In this document: one piece after another, positions 52,637 through 64,000 of the stretch | Layout: each line of letters begins with the position of its first letter | Numbering within the stretch: position 1 is the first letter of the stretch | Assembly: GCA_951406725.2 (NCBI GenBank) | Contig: OX597821.1 | Span: forward strand, 30,566,001-30,630,000 | Length of the DNA stretch: 64,000 bases | DNA from: Octopus vulgaris | Taxonomy: Eukaryota | Direction of reading: 5' to 3' | The notes under the pieces: generated by a model | What the model was told of the DNA's origin: nothing | Databases searched by the model: none | Seen by the model: the letters and a program-made list of their open reading frames with translations, nothing else | Made by a program: the position numbers and the translations under genes

Positions 52637-52854
52637 AGTTAATCCAAACATGAAAACACAAAGAGAAAACACAACAACGCGAGGACGTGGAACAAATATA
52701 GTATTATTGGACGCCGCTAAGGAAGGAAGGGGAGAAGGAGGGTTTTACGTTTATAGCGGAGCTCTTCGTCAGAAACATAGGAAAAGGAAAGATCCAGAGA
52801 AGGGAAGACGGAGGAAAAACATCGCGAACGTTACACACGCGGTCACATTTTGTC

Positions 52855-52855
<1 letters not shown>
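52637..52855 (-). mobile_element. family D PLE-type terminus with a degenerate hammerhead (52742-52776)
   Basis: Closely similar to 22578-22770; GAAA mutated to TAAA. Confidence 0.72.
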
Positions 52856-52921
<66 letters not shown>

Positions 52922-53042
52922 TCAGTGTGAGACAGGGAGATAGTGAAGGGAGAGAGAGAGAGAAAGAGAGAGTGAGAGAGAGAGTGGTTCATATGCAAAC
53001 ACTCCTTTAGAAAATTTACGACCATATTACAAAACTCTAAAC

Positions 53043-55450
53043 CATATCTTCCCAAAGTGGGCGATTTCAATTTGCGGGTGGGTGAGGGGCAGATTTCTAA
53101 AAAATGGTGGATGCTTTGCGATTCTGGCGATACGTACATTTTGTGAATGACAATGAAATTTTAGAAATTAAGTCTGCATTTACCGATATCTAGGCATGCC
53201 TAGAATAAAGATGCACTTTTATCGATTTGACCTCTCGCATGAGACGTCCCTTAAAAACGTGGTCTTGTTTATCGATCGAATATTTTTATCGCACTGAATG
53301 AGATGGTTGTTACGCGTGCTAAAATTAGCAGCCAAATAGGCCTAGGCCTTAAATCACACTCCACTACAATTTTTTTTTGGCATAATCGTATGAAGTCCCG
53401 CTTGTAGAATTCAAATCCGCAAAAATTTCCCGAAAGCTCCAGAAGAATAAAAAAAGTTATGAGGAGTTATATGTCGCTCGCAGTTCTGTGGTTTCATATA
53501 CAAGTACTATTTTCAGGATGTTGACAAAATGTGCAGTCACGCACAAAATAACAGCTTTGAAATCGTGTTTCTTGACTGGGTGAAAGTGATCAAACTTTAA
53601 ACCTCTATAAATCTTTAAAAACATTATTCTGGAAAAATTTGAATAACTCCAGCAATTTTGCTTGGAAAGGTACTCTAATGTGCCAAATTTTAAAAATTTC
53701 AATAAATTTTAACTTTTGAAATGCTGGCAGCCAAACGAACTTGATCCGTATTTGCACCAGTAAAGACGTGTCATCTGACACTGTTATATTGACTTCTTCT
53801 CTTTGGGAATACCATACTGTATTTCTGACGCCATCTGTAGAAATTCGTTTTCACATTTTCACTTTACTGATGCCTCCAGTCAAGAAAATTTGCCGACAGT
53901 ACAGTAATGGTTATTTAACGTTTGGATTTATTTCCTCTCCTCAGAACTGTCAGTTACTAATGTGCCTTCATTGCCATCAAACATTGACCAACGAAGTAAT
54001 GAAACCTTCACAATTGAAGTATCACTTCGATACAAAGCATTCTGACAAAAAGGACAAGCCTTACCATACGTTTTGTACATAGAGCTCCTCTTTCAAAGAG
54101 TAAATACCAATATTCAATACGCTACTCCAGGAAAATAATAAATAGGAGAATGATGGGTTGGTGGTATCGTACAACATTGCATTGCTTGTGGCTAAGTCTG
54201 GGTAGTTTCACATAACTGGAAAAAAATTACTTCATCCAGTTATCGAAAAGCTTTTGTCAACCGTTATGCACGAAAAACCCGATAATATTATGAAGATTCC
54301 ACTTAGTAATAACAATATCTCGAAGTATCGATGAAATGGCCAACAATGCCAAACTTCAGCTCGTTAATATTCTCCAGCGTTTTGAAATTTGACGCAGTGG
54401 ATGCGCCAACTGTTGTGGACAATCAATGTTTGATGATGGTATATGTTCGGTATTTCAGCGATTACCTTCAATCTTGTGAGGAAATACTGTTCACAGAGAA
54501 ATTGCCGCTTGATTCACACTCTCAAGTATTTCCTTTTTGAACATAATATCCAACTTGGTAATATTTTTGCTGGTGCATCTGATGGAGCATCTTCGATGAT
54601 AGGAAGATACAGAGGGTTTTTACTCTCTCCTAAAGCGCGAAATTTACCACCAAATACATTCCTCGACACACCGGCAGCATTTAGTGCCAAAATATATGAA
54701 CGATAGTTTGAATGATGCGCTACAGTTGAAGTCTAGTTCTAAATTGAAGTCTAGTTCTTTGTCTGGTCGAATTGTCCGTCAAATCTGAGAAATGATGAGG
54801 ATCATACTAACCTCTTATACCACACCGAAGTTCAGTGGCTGTCAAAGGGAAACTGTGTTTTACGCTTTGTTGAACTGTTTCATATAATCATATCTTTCTT
54901 TAAAGCTATTCCACTATCCGCTTCATTGATGGCTGCAAGATGCGATATCTTTTTTCTTTGTGATATACTCACAAAATTAAATGATTTGAATAAGTTATTG
55001 CAAGGAAAGAGAAAAACTCTCATTTATAGTAAATCACTTATCACTACCTTCATTTCGAAATTGGTGTTGTATAAGACTAACATTTCCAAACGTCAATTCC
55101 ATCAACTTCTGCAACTTGATTCTTTGAAAGGTGAATTAGGTGATGAGGATTTAACTATATATTGCAGATATTTACAATCATTGCACGATAACATGGTGGA
55201 GAGATTTCAAGATATGATCTGGCTGAATATCCCAAATTGGTATAGCAATCTGTTTGAGGTCGATTGCGTGGATGAAGTTCAGTATGATTTGACAGAATTA
55301 CAAAATGACAATGACGTCATTTGCCGTAATGGCAAAGACGGTTTGTGGTGCCATCAGAATATACTGAATCCCTCCCCCAGTCTGTGGAAATATTTTCCCG
55401 ACATTCCGAGTTTTTTGAGAGGGCTTAGAGAATCTGAAGGACAGCTCCAA
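53043..55450 (+). mobile_element. decayed hAT Buster/Charlie-type DNA transposon
   Basis: Left end resembles cag..ttcccaaagtgggcg; RQYSNGYLTFGF..MCLHCHQTLTNEVMKPSQLKYHFDTKH (BED-like finger); LLYHTEVQWLSKG; CDILTKLNDLNKLLQGK; many stops. Confidence 0.85.
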
Positions 55451-55586
55451 TAGGTGTGTGAAACTGGTAGAGGAATGTGTTGAATAAAATCATCATCAAC
55501 AGATCCTCCTGTATTTTCATTTACCCAATGTAAACAACTTTTCAGCTTGGACGATGACATCTTAGAACCAGCAATGGGCATTGTAC

Positions 55587-56005
55587 AGATCTTTTCTAGC
55601 AGTGTCATATGAAATTGTCACCCATAATTATGACCCTAGTATCGATCTGTTGCATTTCAATCTATTTTAGGGTTAGTTAAGGTTAGGGTTAGGGTTACGG
55701 TTAGGGGTGGGGGCAAGGGTATCTTTTTTCCTTCAGAAATGTAAATAAACCCAATCTGTTTCTTAAGCGAGGCACATATTCATACGGCACAGAATGTTGT
55801 TTACCTCAATGGACGTCAGTGATTGGTTGAAATTGCAGAAATTGAAGAAAGAAAACAACAAATATCTTACAAACTAATAGAATTTTCTCAATAAAGCCAA
55901 GAGAAAAAGATATTTTATAAACACATTCTACAAGTATACGAAGTTTAAAATTTTTTAGTTACCTAGAATTTATGTTAAAAACTGCCGTTCAGACCGAAGA
56001 GATCC
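55587..56005 (-). mobile_element. copy of the 20860 MITE with (TTAGGG)-like repeats; one TIR partly deleted
   Basis: Reverse complement aligns along 20860-21270. Confidence 0.88.
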
Positions 56006-56758
56006 CAATCTACTTTAACTCTACACTACACAATATCCAAGGTTTTTTCAAATTATTTATCCTCCTCTCGTAATTAGTTCTTCCCTTTGTTATGTCTCAC
56101 TTGATATTTCAGTTAGTCATGTCTTTTTTTTTGTTATCACAATTTATAACAGCTTTCTTTTCTAAGATTATTCTAAAAGTAACCGACATACTTTCAAGGT
56201 GAAGAAACTGTCGCAAGGGTTGGTTTCCTAAAGAGGACTAGAAGGACTAGAAGTACTCTTCCACCTATACAAAATACCTTATACCACACTATTTGACGGA
56301 AGCAATTAGTCTTACACATTCCACAAAATCTGCAACGTTGTACGAATATGATATTAACATAATACTTTTTTGAGATGAAATACATATATTTCTAACAACA
56401 TATTAAGTTATATTTTTTATTTAGAATTTTCATTCCTGTAATTTCTGCATGCTATCAGAATTTGGATATTTAATGCCTATTTTTAACTATTGTTTTGAGT
56501 TTGGCTTATTTCATTTTTATGTCTCAAATATTTATTTTACATTGTAATACATATTCCGTTTATTTTATGCTTCCACTCATGCGCACACGCACAATCAAGA
56601 ACACACAAAAATGTATACACACAAATGAACCTTAAAACTTTGTTTTGTTTTGTCACTAAATAATAATTTTAGAATGAATAAAAATTATATTGCAAGGTAT
56701 TGCATTATGTTAGTTAATATATATTCATATGAATATATATATACATACATACATACAT

Positions 56759-56800
<42 letters not shown>

Positions 56801-58292
56801 GTTTATATACACATAAAAATATATACATGTATATAAATATGTATATATACATATATGTACATATATATAAATATATATACACATACGTATGTATATATTT
56901 TTGTATACATACGTACATACATACGTATATATACACTCATATACCCCCACACACACACACATATATATCCATTTGAAAGATACTGTGGCAAAATGGAAGT
57001 AAAATTTTAAGGGTTAAATATCTTTGAGGAAGGCGATATATAGGTATATATACATAAATATATAGATACATGCATTTAAATACATGTGCTCTTAAGTGTA
57101 TGCGTATACATACATCTATGCACACATGCTAAAGTAGTACGGATACGCCTATTTCTTTGTTCGTATATGCTGGAATGATTAGGCTCGAGCGCGTATGTCT
57201 ATATATGTGGAGTTTATAATCTTGTGTATTTCAATGTATGTAAGTATTAAAACGACAAAAAAAAAAAAATAATCAATCATACACGTTTGTATTTTAAGAT
57301 TTTGGTTTCTTTTTAGTTTTGATTTTGCTTCTTATTTTTACCCCCGGTTTTCGATTGCGTGACTAAAGCAAAATAATTTTCGAAACATCCTACAAGTACT
57401 GTGATATTCTGTGAGAAAACATAAAGTGAAAATATATAAAAATGTTTATAATAAAAAAAATACTCTTTAACTTGGATTTCTATTTCAAATGGACAGCAGT
57501 CACGCAATGTCTGGTATATAAAACATCTTTTTTTGTAAAGCAGCCTTCCAACAGTGGTGGTTTTGGTGAGTTATTTATCAAGAAATAAATTGACAAAGAT
57601 GTTTCTTTTACCCTGAAAAATTGTAATAACTATTCTGATATCTATTTCTTCCTGTATCATTTTTATACAACAAATTTTTAAAAAATACATCACAAAATAA
57701 AACGCAGTGAAATATAATAAAATAAATACAAATTCTTTATCTTTTAAATGGAAGAAAGAATTGGAATGAAAAATGATAAAACATGAAAATGCGTTTTTAA
57801 AGTGATACATATGATTAGATATTTAAAAAAAAATATTTTCCATTCGCTCGTTACTTACTTTCAAATTTTTCTTATTTTTTTCTTCAAGTTTTTGAAAAAT
57901 TACCCGACTTCTTTTCATTTAGCACTCACCAATTTTGTGTATACTTCATTGCCATCATGTTCGCTTTCTTCATCAAATTATAATTTCTGTTCCCATATTC
58001 GCCCAATATTTTTTGCAGTTTTTCAATTAGGCACAGTCAGGCAGGCAGATTGATGAATTTCAATAGTGCACTATAGTTCCCTTCTCACAAAATTATGTAT
58101 GTAAGGCAAATGTAAATGAGCATAATACATCACACGCATCTGCAAACATGCGCATTGTACTACACGTATGTGTAGTACAACCACTTGCATGCACAGGCAT
58201 ATATATATATGTATATACATACTTATATGATTGCATCTATTCATAAAGGTGTTTCAATAAATATATATATATCGCTCAGAGATTTATTATTG

Positions 58293-58382
<90 letters not shown>

Positions 58383-58399
58383 TATTAGATTTATATATC

Positions 58400-58535
58400 T
58401 ATACTACATTCATACGTGCATATACATATATACATTCACGCACACAAATGCAACATAAATATATATATATATATTTATATGTTGCATTTGTGTGCGTGAA
58501 TGTATATATGTATATGCACGTATGAATATAGTATA
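58400..58535. repeat. near-perfect palindrome centred on a short (TA)n
   Basis: ttcatacgtgcatatacatatatacattcacgcacacaaatgcaacata is mirrored on the right arm. Confidence 0.9.
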
Positions 58536-58791
58536 AATATATGAAACTTCATATCAATCTATGTATGTATATGTAGAGAACATTAAATGCAGGTAATGTA
58601 ACGTATTTAGTTTCGTGCTGTGAAGGCAGTTTACGAATTACATTTGAGAATTCATTTTGCATAAAATAGTTGTAGTTATGGGTAATATTTTTACCCAAAA
58701 CGTACAAATATTCGGTATCTGTTGCAATGGTCACCCGCAGACATACAGACACACATTCACATGCACACATATCTGTACGTGTGTACATATA

Positions 58792-58822
<31 letters not shown>

Positions 58823-58824
<2 letters not shown>

Positions 58825-59072
58825 TTTTGGGATTTGGTTTGCAAGATACTTTATACGAGTTCGTGTGTTGAAGCATATTCTGTTGCGTCTGGGGTGAGTC
58901 ATTTTCTTTTAGTATCTTATTAAGTAACACACTCACCGGTAAAATTTCCACTTTTTTTCCTTTTTTTCTTATTTTTTCTAAAAATAAAAATAAGAAAAAA
59001 GTTGAAATTTTACCGGTGAGTGTGTTACTTAATAAGATACTAAAAGAAAATGACTCACCCCAGACGCAACAG
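58823..59072. mobile_element. family E terminus with fold-back (58880-58977 / 58985-59072)
   Basis: ctgttgcgtctggggtgagtcattttc..ctcaccggtaaaattt is mirrored; (TA)n on both sides. Confidence 0.75.
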
Positions 59073-59083
59073 TGTATATATAT

Positions 59084-59462
59084 ACTCTTTTACTTGTTTC
59101 AGTCATTTGACTTTGGCCATGCTGAAGTACCGCCTTTAGTCGAGCAAATCGACCCCAGGACTTATTCTTTGTAAGCCTAGTACTTATTCTAACAGTTTTT
59201 GGGCCGAACCGCTAAGTTACGGGGACGTAAACACACCAGCATCGGTTGTCAAGCGCTGTTGGGGAACAAACAACACACACACACAAACACACATACGCAC
59301 GCACACACATATATATTCGACGGGCATCTTTCAGGTTCCGTCTACCAAATCCACTCACAACTCTTGGTCGGCCCGAGGCTATAGGCGCCACGCAGTGGGA
59401 CCCACCCCGGAACCATGTGGTTGGTAAGCAAGCAACTTCCCACAGAGCCACTCTTACGCCTA
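59084..59462 (-). mobile_element. SINE family A
   Basis: Reverse complement of family A. Confidence 0.88.
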
Positions 59463-59629
59463 CATATATATATATATATATATATATAGCAAGTGGTATA
59501 AAGCGATGGAAGATTAATCCTGTAGCACACGCCAACAGAGTGCGTGTGCAATGAAAACTAGCCGTGTCCTTCATGAGGCAGAGTGCCATTGCTATGTTTA
59601 CTTTACAAGTGATCAAATTTCTGTTTTTG

Positions 59630-60240
59630 TGATCATGTCCATGCTGTTGTCTCCGAATTTGTCAGGGACAGAAACAAAGAGCCAAACTTAAATTGGGAAA
59701 TCTGCAAAAGAGAAATTGCTCATGCTTTGGCAAGATTACAGTGGCGAGGTAATGACTTGTCCGCAGTATTTCGAGTGGCACAGGCGCTTCAAAAGAGGAA
59801 GAATGTTCCTGGACAATGATGGGTGATCTGGTGGAAGACATACCACGAGCGTCACCCCCACTCCGAGGGCTAGAGCATCAATCTAGAGTTCTACTACGAC
59901 ATTTTGAAGCATGTTTTGGAGGACATTCGGAGAAAACGACCGGATCTGTGGAGCAGGAATAATTGGATTCTTCACCGATCTCTCCTAACTCATGAGTTTC
60001 TCGCAGAAACATGGTGTCGCTTCCAATTCGCCCTATCCACCAGATCTAGCACATGCAGACATCCATCTCTTCACCAAGATGAAAATGAATCTCATATGTC
60101 GCCATTTTAACACTGTTATCGAGATCCAGAGTGAATTGCAGAAAGTTCTCCACTCATTTATGGAAAACCACTTCCAGAATGGATTCCCAAATTGGCAGCG
60201 CAAGGTGACTATTTCGAAGATGATATCAATACTCACGTAA
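59630..60240 (+). mobile_element. decayed mariner transposase with internal deletions
   Basis: FEWHRRFKRGR..DNDG*SG; IRRKRPDLW..NWILH; SPYPPDLAHADIHLF (YSPDLAPxD-like). Confidence 0.85.
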
Positions 60241-60299
60241 ATAAGTTAGTTTTGTTAAATATAAATACTCCGCTAATTCAACACGTTCTTGTTTAATTC

Positions 60300-60440
60300 T
60301 CTGTTTAATTTATATAATTCTGATGCAGAGCGTAGGCTCGAAACGTAAAATACTTTTCTCAGTTTCCTGAGCGTCAAACCAATACACCAGTTTGTTGTTT
60401 ATACACCTATATTAGTTTTTTGATTTTCTGTAAATTTCAG
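60300..60440 (+). mobile_element. family C-related terminus with a hammerhead-like motif (60318-60349)
   Basis: TT-CTGATGC-A-GAGCgtagGCTC-GAAAC-GTA-AA. Confidence 0.6.
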
Positions 60441-60450
60441 ATACACACAT

Positions 60451-60513
<63 letters not shown>

Positions 60514-60655
60514 AATATATATATATATATCTGTGCGTGTGTGTGAGTACACAAATACATACACATACACTTATATAATATTTGACTAGTTGTATACAAA
60601 AGCAAGTTACCATTAATCTGAAGGAATTCTCCCTAGAATATGATCTTATTAGATA

Positions 60656-61043
60656 CTAGCAGTATCGCCCGGCGTTGCTCGGGTATGTAAGGGAAATAAC
60701 TATAAAGAACTTTTAGAGAGTTATAGCCAAAAAATAGCAGAAAAAAATTGGGAAAAAAATTATGGTAAATTTTTTTTTGATAGTTAAAAAGGCCGAGTTG
60801 CGTCCCCTACACCATCTGCGGTTTGTGTTTCTGATTGTCGACCCCATGTCGAATTTATCGATCTTTTTCTGAACTGGGGGAACTTTTCAAAATTTTCGCT
60901 GCGTTAGTTTTGAATTATGACATTGGGCTATGTGTGTGTCAAGTTTCATCAGAATCGGTTGAAAGCCGTGGTCAGAGTGAGGGTACAAACAAACAGACAC
61001 ACAGAAACACGCACAGACAAACTGCCGTTTATATAGAGAGAGA
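60656..61043 (-). mobile_element. short non-autonomous Helitron
   Basis: Homologous to 48339-48719; TC..CTAG ends in an A|T site. Confidence 0.88.
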
Positions 61044-61427
61044 TTAACAAGGAAACATTTTGACAGTCATTTGGAAGTTAGTTTTATGTTAGGTTCTTGT
61101 GCGTCAAATATTCGAAGGAATAAAATCTTTGTAGTTCTTCTCACAACTTGTAACGGATATTTAATATTTGAACACAAATATGCGTGCGAACCGTCACACA
61201 AGTGTCTATATTTTGCGTTGTTTTTCTGTCCAGTTATAATAAAAATAATTCAACATAAAACTGGACAATAACTACTTTTTTAAAGCACAGGTGTTAGTAT
61301 AATTTTACAAGACGATCGACAGCGATTTCGAAATCACTGTCACATTTCTACTGTCGTTCCGAAAGTGTTTATATGTGTGTATGTGTATGTGCTTGTGTTT
61401 GTGTTTGAGTGTGTTTGTATATTTATG

Positions 61428-61462
<35 letters not shown>

Positions 61463-61663
61463 GGGTGTGTGTGTGTATGTATGTCTGTCCGTGTGTGAGT
61501 GTATACACACATAAATATATATACACGTGGATACATTGCTTTGTATATTGTTTATTACTATTTATACTCGTACTAGTCTCTTTTCGCCTCCCGAGTTACG
61601 TATTAATATTTTGTGTGTGCACGCGCGTATGTATATGTGTATACGTGTGTGCGCGCGCTCGTC

Positions 61664-61701
<38 letters not shown>

Positions 61702-62117
61702 GTATATTCGAATCTGTGTCAATCGACATTGATAAGTACACGCAAATTATTAAACACGTAACTAATGTTTCCTTTCATTTCCATACTAATATAGGTTTGC
61801 CATACATACACAAGCTTCTGCTTCTGAACATATTTACGTAAACGGAAATAACTCGAAAGTTATTCAATTTCCTTTGTAATTTCAATCATTTCAAACACAA
61901 AGACCTGATCTTCAGATACATCCATTTTCCTCAAACACTTTTATGATATTCTCATGGTTTTCCACTTTAATAGGAATTCCTATACTTGAAGAACAATCTT
62001 ACTGTTACACATACATATTCATGTTGAAACTTAGTTTGTCAACTTGTATTCATAACGTAACGTAAATGCCCCCCAGACAATTATTTTGGAAAGTACGTAT
62101 ATGGATGGGGATATAAT

Positions 62118-62195
<78 letters not shown>

Positions 62196-64000
62196 TTCAT
62201 AGCATGTAATTATTTTCAAGAATACAAGCCTCGCTCTATTATGCCGATGAGTATATCTTAATTAATAGTCAGCTGTAAATTTAATTCTGGATATTCAGGT
62301 GCATGGACGTAAGATATTTGAAGAGTTACTTAATAACAATGGTAAGATTTTCATTTGAAACTAATGCAAAGATCACTGAAATATATAATACATACCTGAT
62401 GGAAATATAATGGGATTTAATTCATGCGCGGTTGAATAAATATTATTCTATGTATTTATTGAATGCTTGGGAAAGAAAATGTCATAATATTCTTAAAACC
62501 CAGTATAAGGATGAGGGTACTATTAGCTACGAAAGTAATTTTTGTCATATATGTCAAGATGAGACGGAAGCAAATATTTCTTTGATCGTAATTGATATAT
62601 GCAAATAATTTTCCCTACCTAGTTGAAAGTATAATCCCGTCTATTTGACAAAATATTGAACCACACCAGCGTCAAATTCATCGGGGATTTTAAGTGTGTC
62701 CTCCCAAACAATGTTCCAAGGAACTGAAAAGAAGATACTCAGACAGAGCAAGACCAAAAATGCAAAGAAGTTGAGGCTAACCTCCACAATTACTATCATA
62801 ATCGTCCCTTGAATGACTTGGGCAACATATGGACTTTTATAATCATACTAAGAGTAACACCCTCTTACGATCGAAAAATAATGGCCCCTTTGTCTCGAAA
62901 TATTTCTACAATGACTGAAATTGACGATAACGCTCTTACGCATTAACTATTTCCTTTTGATTTAACACTTCATGATAGATGACAACTTTCATAACCCACA
63001 AATTATAGGGCATAGCTTACTTTGGATTTTCCTTTTCCATCAGGTGCTGTAAAGAAAGCATTCTAAACATGAGGAAAATACTGGCCAAGGTTAGACAGTT
63101 TTGCTTGTACGTGAGGGTTTTTTAAGATCAAAGTGTGACTTGAAGTGCTTCGCAGATTCGTATGTAGTTTGCTTGAAGTTTTCTTCAACCACGCTGTTGA
63201 GAAGTTCGATATTCACGAAATATTTACAAGTAAAATATTTTCCGAGAAGAACTAACCAAACCATCATTGGCATGTGCGGACATTGAAAGCTTCAGTTCTA
63301 GAGACAGAACTAATATTTATTGCCAATTCCTTTGCTGAAGAACCTCTTTTGAATTTTTACAGAAATTCATAAAGATAAATAAACTCGGGTTAAAAGGGTA
63401 CAATCGGTATGAAATTATGAAAATATGGTTAAATTTATCTTCAAAGATACTGCCGCATGTCACAATTAATGCTTAATTAATCTTAAATATTCATATTGCA
63501 CCCTCAAATTGGCCATGTCTAAAGTGTGAGACGACTTACTTCCCAACATAATATATTTTATACGCGCACTAACTGCTGTCTAACTGTGTGACTTAGAAAC
63601 TAATTCGGTGACTTAAAAGATAAGAAAACGAACATTTGAAATAATGAATGTTAATTGTTTCAAGTAAATTTTTGGCAGTACAAAACTGAATGCAAATACG
63701 CATTCAACAAACCTAATTTTACTAATAGTATAAAAAAAAGTAGAAAACTAATTATTCGGTATGAAATATTCAGGAAGTTTCAATTCAAATGCCCAAAATG
63801 CAAAGCTACAAATTACTTCAAAAAGCACTTTCTGTAATGTAATAACGATCAAATTATATCCTCAACGGTTGCTGATTTCGCATTCTAGTCTCCAATTCGT
63901 AGCAAATATGTGTACAGACATAAGTTGCGAGAAATCACAAATGTTTTCAGGGTAAATATACGTGTTTATGTCCTTATATTTTAATCCATTTTTATCACAA

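Noticed and set aside
63044-63089. Possible 46-bp micro-exon (pyrimidine tract-CAG .. AAG|GTTAGA, one open frame CCKESILNMRKILAK)
   Set aside because: Such signals arise by chance in 64 kb; no partner exons or homology

Overview
AT-rich eukaryotic non-coding DNA, full of microsatellites and transposons. The SINE families, Dong/R4, CR1/L2-group LINEs and (TA)n/(CA)n density strongly suggest an Octopus (coleoid cephalopod) genome; this is an inference. I can support no host gene. Main content: (1) a young non-autonomous Gypsy-type LTR element (4816-9087, minus; 1158-bp LTRs about 99% identical, tRNA-Leu PBS, PPT) with one intact ~525-aa ORF containing a 103-aa internal duplication; (2) a 5'-truncated Penelope-like element (PLE) with RT C-terminus, GIY-YIG endonuclease and a 673-bp inverted pseudo-LTR carrying hammerhead ribozyme (HHR) motifs (42568-45542); (3) several families of short non-coding, often fold-back, (TA)n-anchored elements with type I hammerhead motifs, about a dozen motifs in total, including a canonical pair at 46813-46875/47392-47454; (4) non-autonomous Helitrons, one carrying a piggyBac transposase fragment and a 116-bp minisatellite; (5) decayed CR1/L2-group, Dong/R4, Tx1/L1, hAT-Buster and mariner copies, MITEs and two tRNA-derived SINE families. 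All assignments were made by eye with no database search, so boundaries of decayed copies are approximate.
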